From the NCBI GenBank assembly GCA_951406725.2, contig OX597823.1:20026001-20090000 (forward strand): DNA of 64,000 nt. The letters are read 5' to 3'. This DNA is from Octopus vulgaris. Taxonomy: Eukaryota. Of the stretch, positions 13,961 to 27,897 are shown piece after piece (within the stretch, counting starts at the first letter, position 1; every line of letters starts with the position of its first letter). A program made the position numbers and the translations under genes. The notes under the pieces are model-generated. The model was given only the letters and a program-made list of their open reading frames with translations. It made no database searches and was not told the origin of the DNA.

Positions 13961-14700
13961 TCGTGACGTCATTCTCACCAGTCTCGGATGGCCCGCGAAG
14001 ACATGCACAGTGTCCTTCAAACACAGCAGGTAAAAATAAAAGAACTACAACAACAAAAACATATCCACATGCATACAACAGTACCGTAAAGTACAGCAAA
14101 TTGTTACTCACGATAAAGTATAGCTTGATACTGTGTGCCATGAGTTTGCTAATTGTTTCAGGCACCTAAGGAGTCCGAATATGCGGCATTGAAAAGTTCA
14201 AAACGCCGAAATGCACCAAGCGCCCTGACTGGCTGCTACTGGGACGAACTTTCGTCTCTGATAATTATTTTGTTTTTAACACAACAAATCCTGAAGAGAT
14301 GTTATCTCAGGAAAAATACTGCAGTAAGTGGCCTATCAACTGTGTATATATATATATTAAATATAATACAGAGATGGCTATCTTAATCAAGTACTGCCTG
14401 AACTGCGTATACTGAGCTTTTAATCAGCCCAGCTGAGTAGAAGCGACATCAGCGAATGTTTTATTTACTTTATCTTGTATCAGAGACGTCGAATTCTCGT
14501 CAGTGCATGTGGCTGGCCGAGAGTACTCGCCACTGAAAAGGCCTCTAAAGCCCATGTAAATCTGACACTTTCATTGGGCGCTGCAGGGACGAATTTTCGT
14601 TTCTCTCCGATATTTACTGTATTTTTAATATAGAAAGTCCATAATGTATACATACTATCTGACCTATAGATAGTATGTATACATTAAGCATAATACATAG

Positions 14701-14757
<57 letters not shown>

Positions 14758-14866
14758 GGCTATATATATATATATATATAAAATTAATTAAGGGTAGAAA
14801 TTGATATTAGTCAATTAAAACCAGTGGTCTAGCACATTAAAAAGAATCCGAAGATTAAAATATTTT

Positions 14867-14904
<38 letters not shown>

Positions 14905-14906
<2 letters not shown>

Positions 14907-15112
14907 GTTAATGCAAACATGAAAACACAAAGAGAAAACACAACGCGAGGACGTGGAACTAGTATAGTGCTATTAGACGCTCAGGAAAGGAAAGAAAGAA
15001 GGAGGATTTAATGTTTCGAGCGAGCTCTTCGTCAAAAACATAGAGAAAGGAAAGATCCAAGGAAAGGAAGACGGAGGAAAAATATCGCCAACTATACACA
15101 TGCGGTCACATT
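14905..15112 (-). mobile_element. Short hammerhead-bearing element between (TA)n tracts
   Basis: Minus strand ttTTGACGAaGAGCtcGCTCGAAAcaTTaaa (~15008-15038). Confidence 0.55.
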
Positions 15113-15139
15113 TATATATATATATATATATATATATCG

Positions 15140-15507
15140 ATTCTGTCGGTCACGGATGACCATCGGTGCACCTATCAGTTACCCCTCTGGGGTACAAGTC
15201 TGGGCAGAAAGTCGCCTCACCGGCGAACGTATAACTTAGGGTTGTTTTTATAGAAGACCAGCGGTCACCTACGCATACCAGCATTCCTTCTCCACACCAC
15301 CGATGTTATCTAAGGGAAAGGCAAAAGCCGATACAGCTTGGCACCAGTGACGTCGAAACTCATTTCTACAGCTGAGTGAACTGGATCAACGTCAAATAAA
15401 GTGTCTTCCTCAAGACAAGAGCACAACACGCAGCCCGGTCCGGGAATCGAACTCACAACCTCATGATTGTATGCTCGATGCTCTAACCACTGAGCCATGT
15501 GCCTTCA
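15140..15507 (-). mobile_element. SINE D
   Basis: Head gaaggcacatggctcagtggttagagc..gagttcgattcccgg. Confidence 0.8.
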
Positions 15508-15608
15508 TTTCAAATAGCCAGATAACCGAAGAGATGGTGTTGTGGATTTCCACTTCGGCATCTGAAACTCAGAGTTTTATCTTGACTACCGAGTAATGTA
15601 ACATATTG

Positions 15609-15737
<129 letters not shown>

Positions 15738-16095
15738 ATGTGTATATGTATACGTTGTTATCACTAGGCCTAACTCATCGGAAAGCAAATATTCTCAAGA
15801 GTGATATGCAGACTACAATGGAAAAGGCAAACCACTGGATTTGGTTAAAAAGAGACGATGAACAATAGCTAGAAGGATATTGAGCAAAACTTAATAAACA
15901 ATTGATCTAGTCAGCGGGACCTTATTTCAATGAGGCGGGCCGGTGCACAATGATGGCATCTAGAGGAAGACCCCGAAATGGCGCGCATTCCCTCTTGATA
16001 ACCTTGCTAGTATCCAGTAGGTGGAGCTTTCAACTGATAATACTTGCATCTGCAAGTTGCTTGCAAAAATTGTGAAATGTGTGTGTGTAAATGTA

Positions 16096-16169
<74 letters not shown>

Positions 16170-16170
<1 letters not shown>

Positions 16171-16851
16171 CAATAAGGGTTTTGCAACAAGTTGCTTGAC
16201 CACATACCGAAAAACTGTTAGGTGAAAATTGTTGATTTTATTAAATTAATTATCTTTCACCCTATATCTGTAATGATTATTTCACTCCCCTACAACAAAA
16301 CTACGAATCTTTTTTCGGCAGTACTATTTTGTGACTCACAAGGTGGTACGATTTGGAAGGAAATACGAATTCACTCGTCTATATAAATGTGGATATGCTG
16401 ATTAGCTTTTATATGTTCTGATGACGCTTGGTCAGAAATATAAGGGGTAAGTTATCCTAGCATTTCTAGATTAATTTATCGAAATATTACGTCGATGAAG
16501 GAAATGAATCTTATGATTCTAATCCAGAAACGTACGTCCATAAAAAATCGAGGACTGTTTGATTTTATTTATTTATTTTTTTTTTTTGCCATGTGTGAGT
16601 TACAAATATTGTTGTCTGTGGGGACATATTTTTGTAGAAAAACGAAATAGTAGTCCTTTGGCTGCTATTTCTAAAATTTTCGGTATGTGGTCAAGCAACT
16701 TGTTGCAAAACCCTTATTGCTATAATTATATATAAAAAAAAAAATTTGTATAAGTTTTTACCGAATATGGTCCTTTTCCATACCGAAAAACTACTAGGTG
16801 AAATTTGTTGATTTTATTTAATTATCTTTCACTCTATATCTGCAATGATTA
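16170..16851. mobile_element. (TA)n-flanked Penelope-like pseudo-LTR structure with inverted and direct partial repeats
   Basis: 16171-16213 inverted at ~16677-16719; 16203-16280 repeated directly at ~16779-16851; internal hammerhead. Confidence 0.65.
16487..16543 (+). ncRNA. Type I hammerhead ribozyme, variant or degenerate core
   Basis: ttacg TCGATGA a gga..gaatc ttat gattc..tcc a GAAA cgtacg TC|cataa. Confidence 0.55.
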
Positions 16852-16939
16852 TATATATATATATATACATATATATACAGGTGTGTGTGTGGTTTTGAGG
16901 CAAGAAGCAAAGCAGACCTTGCCAGCCACTCAAGAAAGG

Positions 16940-17055
16940 ACTGGAGTAACGTGATATAAAGTGTCTTGCTCAAGGACACAACGCGTCACCTGGAATTGAA
17001 CTCACGACCTTACGACCGTGAGTTGAGTGCCCTAACCACTAAGCCAGCCACCTTC
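16940..17055 (-). mobile_element. SINE D 5' fragment
   Basis: tRNA-like head on the minus strand. Confidence 0.65.
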
Positions 17056-17615
17056 ACACACATACACACGCATACGGCTTGGGCTACATGGTGGTATGTG
17101 TAACTGTACTTTTGATCTGACCAACTGTGACACCCTTCTACATCCATTTTAGATCCCATTATTATGCACATACATATACATACGTCTAAAAATTGCCCTT
17201 GTGTTCACTAGTAGAATATCTTTGAGCTAATGTCTACAGGATTTGAATTGACTTCAGCTAAATGACAACAACAACTGCAGCAGCAGCAGCAACAACAACA
17301 ACAACAACAAAAACAACAACAATAGCTAAGACGATGACGACGTCGACAACATCAGTCATTAATAACATATAACAACAATGCCAACATCACAAACAAGATA
17401 ACCGTTTTAAATCTCGATGAAAATCGTTTTGCCGGGAAAATTTGGCCGCCATTTTAGGGGTTAATATTTTTACGTATTTGTTCAGAAAAGAACATGATTT
17501 TTTTTTCACAAGCCTTTAGTTTATATCTAGTTCATATTGCTTGCGTGTGTTTGTGTGTGTGTGTGTGTGTGTATATACGCTTATATACATACATTCATAA
17601 TCTCTCTATATATAA

Positions 17616-17652
<37 letters not shown>

Positions 17653-17677
17653 TAAATATATATATATACATATATTC

Positions 17678-17735
<58 letters not shown>

Positions 17736-17738
17736 TAT

Positions 17739-17780
<42 letters not shown>

Positions 17781-17874
17781 CCACACACATGTATATATGT
17801 TAATCTATTCTGTTCTTTTGTTATGTATTTTGTTTTATTTTACTCTCGTTTTGCTTTGCTTAAATATTCTGATT

Positions 17875-17910
<36 letters not shown>

Positions 17911-18106
17911 TCTGTGAAATATGGGCGTGTCTGTTGGTTGATCTTAACGTTTCTTTCAAAACGACAAACTCTAAAAGAAACTGAGAACGGAAGATCGGTT
18001 GACATAGTAAAGAGAACAGATTTCAATTGAGATTCCTTATGGAATGTTGTAATATCCTCCCTTCTTCTGTCACTCTCTCCATTCTCCAACATCTCTTTCT
18101 CCATTC

Positions 18107-18207
<101 letters not shown>

Positions 18208-18270
18208 ATCTATCTATCTGTCTATCTATCTGTCTGTCTATCTATCTATCTATCTACCTACCTACCTACA

Positions 18271-18343
<73 letters not shown>

Positions 18344-18461
18344 GTCTATCTATCTATCTATCTGTCTATACATGTCCATGTCTAGTCTATCTATCTATAT
18401 ACACGTGGGCCTTTTCCGTCTGTCTGTTCGTCTGACTAAATTTATGTCTATACATCCATAA

Positions 18462-18494
<33 letters not shown>

Positions 18495-18639
18495 TACGCG
18501 TGTGTGTTTAAAATATATATGTATATATAATTATATAATATATACAATGCATACATACATATATGCATATATATCTATATATATATGATATGATATATAT
18601 ATATATATATATATACACACAATATATATATATATACAC

Positions 18640-18674
<35 letters not shown>

Positions 18675-18688
18675 TGTATGTATGTATG

Positions 18689-18743
<55 letters not shown>

Positions 18744-19033
18744 ATATATGTATGTATGTAAATACGCATATAGAAATATACATATATATATACATATATA
18801 TATATATACATACAAACCACACACACACATACACACATACATGTACATATGTATGTGTGTGTGTGTGTATGGAAGATGTCCCTATGAGTGTGTCTCTTTC
18901 TCTTTGTTTTCTCCTATTTTCCCTCTTTCCCTTTGTTTTTCTGTTATTCTTTACCTATTTCCTCCTCATCCCGCTCTCATTTCCTACCTACTCACAATCA
19001 CTTATTTTGCTCCTCCCTCTCCTATCCTTCCAA

Positions 19034-19068
<35 letters not shown>

Positions 19069-19512
19069 CTGTCTCGTACTCACTCACTCTTTCCAACGTA
19101 TTCTTTCACTCACGCATCCACTTTCTCTCTGTTTCGCTCGCGAGCTTTCTCATTGGTTATTTCTTCGCCTCTTCCGTTAAAAATTTTTTTTGCTCTTCAG
19201 ACATATTGCATCTCTTTCTCTCTCTCTCTCTCTCTCACCCTACCTACGTCTCTCACCGCACATGCACACACACACAAACATACGCACATATATGTTTGCC
19301 TTAATTCGTGAATCTGTGTTGTGTGTATGTGTATGTGTGTGAGAAAGAGGGAGAGAGAGGGACGACAGATGCAAGAAGAAACACAGAGTGTGACATGTAA
19401 GACTGATGATTGAATATGCTGTCATATCTCATGTATGCGTGTGTACGTGCGCACGAATGCCTGTTTGCATGTATGCGTGTATAAGTATGCAAGTATGTAT
19501 GTACGCATGTAG

Positions 19513-19564
<52 letters not shown>

Positions 19565-19569
19565 AATAA

Positions 19570-19815
19570 ATGCGCCCTTTTAAAGCCTAGTCAGGCTCAT
19601 GGGCTCGGTCTCTCGGTTTCAATGGCGTATGTGTTTCTCAGCTGGACGGGACGCCAGTCCATCGCAGCGTTATTCATTTTTGCCAGCTGAGTGGAGTGGA
19701 GCAACGTGAAATGAAGTGTTTTGCTCAAGAACACAACGCGTCGCCCGGTCCAGGAATCGAAACCACAATCTTACGATCATGGTGCTGACACCCTAATCAC
19801 TAAGCCACGAACCTC
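19570..19815 (-). mobile_element. SINE D-related copy
   Basis: tRNA-like head plus cagctgagtgga..caacgtgaaat core. Confidence 0.65.
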
Positions 19816-19830
19816 TACACACACACACGC

Positions 19831-19898
<68 letters not shown>

Positions 19899-20234
19899 GC
19901 ATACATATATACCTACATACGTAATGCTTAGCTCTATACATAGTTATCCTCCTATACATGCGTTCAGCATCCCGGCTTCTTTTACTTTTTCTTTATTTCT
20001 TTATCACTGTCTTTCCTTCTCTATATTTTCCAATTTCTTTTCTTTTCTGACAAAGCAGCAACTTCCGAAACTTTAAGTTTCTTTCCTTTTAAACGGTAAA
20101 TTAATACAACCTTTGTTAAAACTCGTCTTTCTCGTGTTATCTACTTTTTTCTGATCATTGTCTAATATACATACATACATACATGCATGCATACATACAT
20201 ACTTGTATGCATACATACATACATACTACATATA

Positions 20235-21360
20235 GAACACTTGATTGGTGTGTGGAGGAAATGCTCCGTAAATATCAAAACCCGCAAAATCCTGACAACA
20301 ACTCGGAACTGCCAGAGAAACAGTGATGTTGACATGCTCTACCTAAGAAGAAATGAAAGTGGTAGAGACCTGAGATCAGTGCAGACAGCCTTCGAATGCT
20401 GTATGGTATCACTCGGGCAGCAGCTACTGAACAACAGCAGTAAAAATAAATATATTCATGCAGTCCTAAAAAGTGAAGTGTGCAATATTGTACGAGTTGG
20501 CAGCGACCGCCTCAAGAAACACTCGCTTCCTGATGATCTCCTATATAGCCCCAAAACAGCTGGGTTCTCTTACTTCAGGGTAGATCTGGATGAAAAGCAC
20601 TCAGCATACAAAAAAAAAAAGACTATGCATGAGTAAATTGCCCGGAAGCTTAAAAAAGACAGTAGAATTGACACGAAGCGCAGCCTCTCTTAGACACAAG
20701 GCCACTACATCACATCACACTTTGAAGACTATGCATTTGCAATCCAGGAACAGGAGATTGCCACAAAGTGCCTGGTGAACAAGAGAGACAGTGACCCTCT
20801 TCTAATCCCAAGGTGCAACCACATGTGTAGGCTATACCATATTTCTGTGGAAGACATGATTAGCAGCTGTCCTAAAATATTGTCACGGTACTACCTCCCT
20901 ATGCGGCACTATGTTTTTGCTAAAACAATTTAGAACACCAACCGCACTGTCCTGAAATAAACTTAGCAAATCCCTCTGTTATGAAATACATTCATAAACA
21001 CCAATTCAAGGAATGCTGGTGGAATATTCCCATCAAAACGTCAGTCAAATGTAAACATAACAGGCTGGATATTGTTGTTTGACACATAGGGGCAAAGGTA
21101 TGTACCATCATAGTGGTCAGCTGCTCTCAGATATAAATATCTCTTTGTAAAGCAAAGGAAAAGAGGATATCTATGGAAAACTGGTTCGAAACTTTCAATT
21201 TCTATATTCAGACTATGAATTCATATTCATACCTGTAATAATTGGAGCACTAGGTTTTGTTAGTAAATGCTTAAAGGCGTATCTAGATAAACTGGGATTT
21301 TCAGAAAGAGAAATTGACCGGCTAATTCGTACATTACAGGTGTATTTTCAAGTTCCAAAT
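20235..21360 (+). mobile_element. Decayed R4/Dong-like non-LTR retrotransposon, 3' half (RT C-terminus, zinc knuckle, restriction-like endonuclease)
   Basis: DVDMLYLRRNESGRDLRS (RLY..R..GGRGL-like), AIQEQEIATK, WWNIPIKTSVKCKHNRLD (HNRPD-like), IPVIIGALG. Confidence 0.8.
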
Positions 21361-21479
21361 GTAACTTTGTCTGTGTTAATTAGATCCCAAAGATGGTGCC
21401 TTGTATCTCTGCTGGAAACCGGCACACTCCTCAGTGAAAGATTTATAATAATTAAAAAACAGAAGAGACATACATACGT

Positions 21480-21600
21480 ACCATTCTTGAGAAACTAGGC
21501 TTCTCAAAACCAGAAAGAAGGAAGCTGATTCGAAGACTACAGATCCTAGCCATCACTGGAACCTAAAAATCTGTAAAACTTTCCAGAAATTAAGCATGAA
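21480..21600 (+). mobile_element. R4/Dong-like extreme 3' fragment
   Basis: EKLGFSKPERRKLIRRLQILAITGT, homologous to the ends of 20235-21360 and 46570-47130. Confidence 0.6.
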
Positions 21601-22092
21601 ATATATACGAGCATGCCTAAACATGCAAGTATATGCATGAGAATACATACATAAAACAAAACATACAAATCTGTACATATACATAAATACTTACATACAT
21701 AAAAAATACATACATACATAATATATACATTCAAAAATACCCTGTTAATGTTGTTGAAATTCCAATTAAGTAGCCTTAGATCTAGGTTAGAAACCGGCTC
21801 TTTCCCTATTGGCTAGAAATCTTGAAATAATACTGAATAATGACATACGTAATATATGAATATACTGTCGTATGTCCAAATTTAGCCAAATGCGTTTTTC
21901 TCAATATTTATTTTTGCTTGCAATAGTCGGTACTTTTGGTCAAATTATAGTATCTTCAGCTATTTTAGATGCCAAGATATCAAAAATTGTCAAAGTTTTA
22001 CTACAATGGTTTTGCTACGGAATGGCGAAACCATCTTTTTGTTTTCTGAAAAAGCAACGTCCTGGACTTACGACACATTTGCATAATAGCAA

Positions 22093-22128
<36 letters not shown>

Positions 22129-22205
22129 TCGGGGTGAGTACTTGATAATTATAAGCACCTGTGTATACCGTTTGGTGGTGTAGGTGGTGGAGTAAATTGA
22201 TCAAA

Positions 22206-22640
22206 ATAAAATAAAAACATGATGCGAAGGATTCAGCGGTACATATGTTTCGGGCCTTTATTAGACAGATTTATAACAATGCATAATGTATGTCTGTGGC
22301 CTTCTTCAGCCGCGCACAACAGCTTCCACAAGGACATGTGTTACATCAAAAATTCTTGGTTGGGGATGCGAATCCTCTCATTCGCGTACGACATAATGCG
22401 GCAGCAGCATAGAATTGAAGCGTCCATCTCCTTCTTCTCTCAATTGAGAAAATGTCGTACGCGAATGAGAGGATTCGCATCCCCAACCAAGAATTTTTGA
22501 TGTAACACATGTCCTTGTGGAAGCTGTTGTGCGCGGCTGAAGAAGGCCACAGACATACATTATGCATTGTTATAAATCTGTCTAATAAAGGCCCGAAACA
22601 TATGTACCGCTGAATCCTTCGCATCATGTTTTTATTTTAT
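22206..22640. repeat. Large inverted repeat (189-bp arms, 57-bp spacer) in a (TA)n-flanked element
   Basis: 22206-22394 is the reverse complement of 22452-22640; the ORF track shows identical N-terminal peptides on both strands. Confidence 0.95.
22533..22610 (+). ncRNA. Type I hammerhead ribozyme (mirror copy at 22236-22313, minus strand)
   Basis: gcgg CTGAAGA a ggcc..ggcc c GAAA catatg TA|ccgc; stem III palindrome ACATATGT; predicted cut after 22606. Confidence 0.8.
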
Positions 22641-22802
22641 ATATATATATATATATATCAGCCGAAATTGCGAGGATGGTCCGGTTCTTGACTGAACATT
22701 GAGGGCTTCGAATATCCCGTCCGTGTTTTTTGTATCGTCTTCTAAGTGTTTTGCGTTCTTGTCCCAGTTTGTATTTTTCTACATATAATAATAATAATAA
22801 TA

Positions 22803-22879
<77 letters not shown>

Positions 22880-22917
22880 CATGTATGTATATATTTATGT
22901 ATATATGTATGTATGTA

Positions 22918-22961
<44 letters not shown>

Positions 22962-23003
22962 CATGTATGTATATATTTATGTATATATGTATGTATGTAT
23001 GTA

Positions 23004-23058
<55 letters not shown>

Positions 23059-23642
23059 TGTAAAATAAGAAAGGCATTTGCAGTGCGCTTTGCTTTCGTC
23101 TCGAAGAAATGTTCTCTCTATTTCCATGCAAATGTAAGAACATCATACTGCTTCGTATGCTTTACACTAAATCAATTTTAATTTGGCAAGTCTCGGTACG
23201 TACCAGCATACGTATTGTTTACCGTCCGCCCAGATATGTATTGGATACCGCCCGTCCAACCGTTTCGCTGATCACCTTCGAGACAGTTGTCTCGGTAGCG
23301 TGTTTTCTCGTCTCGCCGTTTCTCCTCTGCAAATTACCGCAGCCGACATCTTTCTGCGTTTCTCGGATTCTTTTTCCCCCAGGGAGAAAGATGTAGATAT
23401 CTACTACCATAAAAATCATCACCTACAAAGTCGTTAATCACCAAAACCTCTTTCCTTTTAATTAACCTCCACAAGCTACTAAGACACACGCACATACATT
23501 AAATATACATTCTAACAGACAGCACTCAACACATAGACATTCTACAATAATACACAAACACACACACACACACACACGCGCGCACTTAAATAGCGTGCAC
23601 GTACAAACAATAGGCACCGCCACGAACTCTTCTCTATATATG

Positions 23643-23873
23643 TTTCTTTATTACCCACAAGGGGCTACACACAGAGGGGACAAACAAGGACAGACAAAAC
23701 GAATTAAGTCGATTATATCGACCCCAGTGCGTAACTGGTACTTATTTAATCGACCCCGTAAGGATGAAAGGCAGAGTCGACCTTGGCGGAAATTGAACTC
23801 AGAACGTAGCGACGGGCGAAATACCGCGAAACACTTCACCCGGCGGGCTAACGTCTCTGCCAGCTCGCCGCCT
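23643..23873 (-). mobile_element. SINE A
   Basis: Family A monomer. Confidence 0.85.
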
Positions 23874-23989
23874 TCTCTATATATTCACAGCACGAATACG
23901 CACACAAATTCACTTACTTCCCATCACAACTCCACGTAACCAACATTCCCTATAACACGCAAAAACCCCCTACAACACAAAAACTCTTT

Positions 23990-24147
23990 AAACTCTTTTA
24001 CTTGTTTTGACTGTGGCCATGCTGGAGCACAGCTTTTAGTCGAGCATATCGACCCCAGGACTTATTCTTTGTAAGCCTAGTACTTATTCTATCGGGGACG
24101 TAAACACACCAGCGTCGATTGTCAAGCGATGTTGGGGGTGACAAACA

Positions 24148-24220
<73 letters not shown>

Positions 24221-24393
24221 GCATATATATGACGGGCTTCTTTCAGTTTCCGTCTACCAAATCCACTCACAAGCTTTTGGTTGGCCCGAGGCTATACTAT
24301 AAGACACTTGCCCAAGGTGCCACGCAGTGGAACTGAACCCAGAACCTGTAGTTCATAAGCAAGCTACTTACCATACATCTGCTTCTACGCCTA
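23990..24393 (-). mobile_element. SINE B
   Basis: Family B with internal (CA)n(TA)n. Confidence 0.85.
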
Positions 24394-25009
24394 TGTATTG
24401 TGGTAGAATGTGTACGTGTTGAGTGCTGTCTGTTAGTGTGTATATTTAACGTATGTGTGCGTGTGTGTTAGTAGCTTGTGGAGGTTATTAAAGGTAAGAG
24501 GTTTTGGTGATTAACGACTTTGTAGGTGATGATTTTTATGGTAGATATCTACAAATGCATATAGATATATACACACACACACGCGCATACAAACACAGAC
24601 TAAAATATCGCAGGCGTAACTATGTTGTAAGAAGCTTCCTTCCCAACCACATAGTTCCGGGTTCAGTCCCACTGCATGGCACCTTGGACAAGTGTCTTCT
24701 ACTATAGGATCGGACCGACCAAAGCCTTGTGAGTGGATTTTGATAGACGGAAATACACATATATAAATTTATAATTAATTATTAATTATAATTGAGGGTA
24801 CACCAAGTATCAGCGATGCTAGAAATAAGAGTCGAAAAATACTCAAATTAGCCACCATTTCACTGAAAATTTTCAGTGAAATCGAGGCTTTTTGGTTTAC
24901 CCTCATTTATAATTAATAATTATAATCTATAATAATCTATAATAATCTATAATAATTATAAATCTATAAATATGCCTTTTTGGCTTTAATGCTTGTTGGC
25001 CACTTAAAA

Positions 25010-25100
<91 letters not shown>

Positions 25101-25116
25101 GTAGGCACAAGAGTGG

Positions 25117-25216
<100 letters not shown>

Positions 25217-25857
25217 TATATGTGTGTGTGTTTGTATGTATGTATGTATATATTGTATATATTTACGTGTGCGTGTCTTTTTGTCTGTGTTTGTAACCCC
25301 ATCATCGTTTGACAGCCGATGTTGATGTGTTTAGCTCCCGTAACTTAGCAGTTCGGCTAAAGAGAGTGATAGAATAAGTACTAGGCTTACAAAGAATAAG
25401 TTCCGCGGTTGATTGATCGACTAAAATCCTTTAACGCGGTGCTCCAGTATGGCCGCAGTCTAACGACTGAAACAAATAAGAGAATAGGCAAAGCAGATTC
25501 ATACATACTATAAACTCAACAATAAATACGATAACAACTATACCTCGATCTTTAAGCGAGCATTCAAACACATGCACTCTGAACGCATGCGCTATAACTA
25601 AAAATATCCTGTCACACACAAACACACACAGACGCACACACACACACGCACATACTCACAGATAAGGACACACGCGAATACAGTAATACAGACTTCATTC
25701 AGTGTTGCCACCCTCGGCGCTTTTGTAGATATGAAACATCTTTTCTATTTACCTAACATCCAGTCATTCCCATGAAGGCTTCCCGTAGACAATATATATA
25801 TTTTTATCCAGCATTCATTTTTATTGTGTTTGTTCTATCTCTTTTATTCTTTCTATC

Positions 25858-25897
25858 TTTTTTCTGAAGAAGAGCAAACGCTCGAAACGTTAACGAC
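25858..25897 (+). ncRNA. Minimal hammerhead ribozyme motif
   Basis: ttt CTGAAGA a GAGC aaac GCTC GAAA cg TT|aa. Confidence 0.6.
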
Positions 25898-27012
25898 CTT
25901 TAGATTTCTATTTCGTGGAGGGTCAACCTAATAATGTCATTATTTTCTCCTTGTTTTCACATTATTGATTCTTCATGGTCAATTTCGCGCGCGCACACAC
26001 AGACACACACACACACTGACAGACACTACATACACAGCACACACACACACTCATGCGCACACACACACACACATCTATATATATGTACTTATTTATGCAT
26101 ATATATATACCCGCACACATAACATCTATACTTCCGCTCGGAGAATATAGCTAACTGATTTCATTTCCTCATATCTAACATTTAAAAAGTAATTAAGCTT
26201 ACATATATTAACTTCTCATATGAACAGCTCATAAACTCGCACACCAGAGCCATCACATCTTAACACCGAACAGACATATCGTTCTGATAATCAGGCCTCC
26301 CATGAGAGTAAACAAATATCAACCAGGGAAAACATTACACTTATTTCTGAAACTTTTACGCTCCGTTGTGACTGCATCTATTTGAATATATACATATGTG
26401 TGTGTATGTGGTGTGTATATATACATATGTGCGCGTGTGTGTATGTGTGTGTGTGTATGCATGTTTGTATACGAATGTATGGTTCTTTGGCAGAGAGGGT
26501 TAAAAACGTAATAGAATTTTTCTATTGTTCACGAATCTTATTTTCTATCATATTTCCGTTTGTTTTGTATTTTTGTTTTAATGTCTTGTGAATTTTTTTT
26601 TTTTTTCAGAAATATTGTTCTACTTTTATTTTAAAACAAAGCAATAAATAAATAAAAATTGCAAAAAAAAAAAAAAAAAAAAAAAGAGAGAGAAACCAAA
26701 GAAAAAAAAAATCAAGAATACACACCCAGAGAAATTGAATGTAGACTTTCAATTTATGTGAAACCAGTATAAACATGATAGTGAATATATTTGGTTTCAA
26801 GGCGTGGGAAAAGCTCCTAGATGCCATCTTTCTTTCTCTCTTCCTCTCTCGCTCTCACTCACTCAATACATATATGTGGTGTATGTGTGTGTGTTTGTGT
26901 TTGCGTGCGTACGTGTGTATATGTATGTCTTTATGGTACCATTTAGAAAGAATATTGTAAACGTATGCATATAATTGTATGCATGTTTATATATACGTAT
27001 ATATGTCCATAT

Positions 27013-27420
27013 AGCGCAGGACTGGCTGCGTGGTAAGTAGCTTGCTAACCAACCACATGGTTCCGGGTTCAATCCCACTGCGTGGCATCTTGGGCAAGTG
27101 TCTTCTGCTATAGCCCCGGGCCGACCAATGCCTTGTGATAGAATTTGGTAGACGGAAACTGAAAGAAGCCTGTCGTATATATGTATATATATGTATGTGT
27201 GTGTGTTTGTGTGTCTGTGTTTGTTCCCGTAGCATTGCTTGACAACCGATGCTGGTGTGTTTACGTCCCCGTCACATTAGCGGTTCGGCAAAAAGTGACC
27301 GATAGAATAAGTACTGGGCTTACAAAAAGAATAAGTCCCGGGGTCGAGTTGCTCGACTAAAGGCGGTTCTCCAGCATGGCCGCAGTCAAATGACTGAAAC
27401 AAGTAAAAGAGTAAAAGAGT
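27013..27420 (+). mobile_element. SINE B
   Basis: Near full-length family B copy. Confidence 0.85.
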
Positions 27421-27897
27421 ATGTATGTATATATACATATAAGTATATATATATGTGTGTGTGCGTGTGAGCGAGTGTGTTTGTGCGCGCTCGTATGTGT
27501 ATGTCTGTCTGTGTGTACATAAAACTATGTGGTGTTAATCTTTAACGGCATCCAGGGACGATAAAAATCAATCTCTGCTTTGTTTTAGATCTTGGCCTAA
27601 GATAAATTCCTTTCCCATTTTTCAGTTAATCTGAATATTCAGTGACTAATGCTTCGACCGCCTTACAATAATTTGAATCATTGTCAGCAGAGTTACACAC
27701 CCTGCTATAGAATGCAGGGATACACACTGCATTCTATAGCAATCCGAGAAACCATATATAGTGAAAAAATCCCCGTATTCCTTAAGAAAAATCAATGATT
27801 TCTTTTTGCTCTCAGAAGCGAACACTTCTGATGAAATATTAAGAAGCGATTCACCAATGACAACAGATAACACGGGAATAACTCGTAGTGGACACCT

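Larger units (their letters stand above)
23392..24553. repeat. Diverged ~160-bp inverted duplication (23392-23550 / 24397-24553)
   Basis: ccataaaaatcatcacctacaaagtcgttaatcacc.. and its reverse complement; both outer ends carry gtagatatctac. Confidence 0.85.

Noticed and set aside
16418-16450. CTGATGA at ~16418 as a hammerhead core
   Set aside because: Stem I and II pairing fit poorly; the downstream TCGATGA at 16492 gives a consistent fold
22219-22627. Twin 93-aa ORFs on opposite strands
   Set aside because: Consequence of the palindrome
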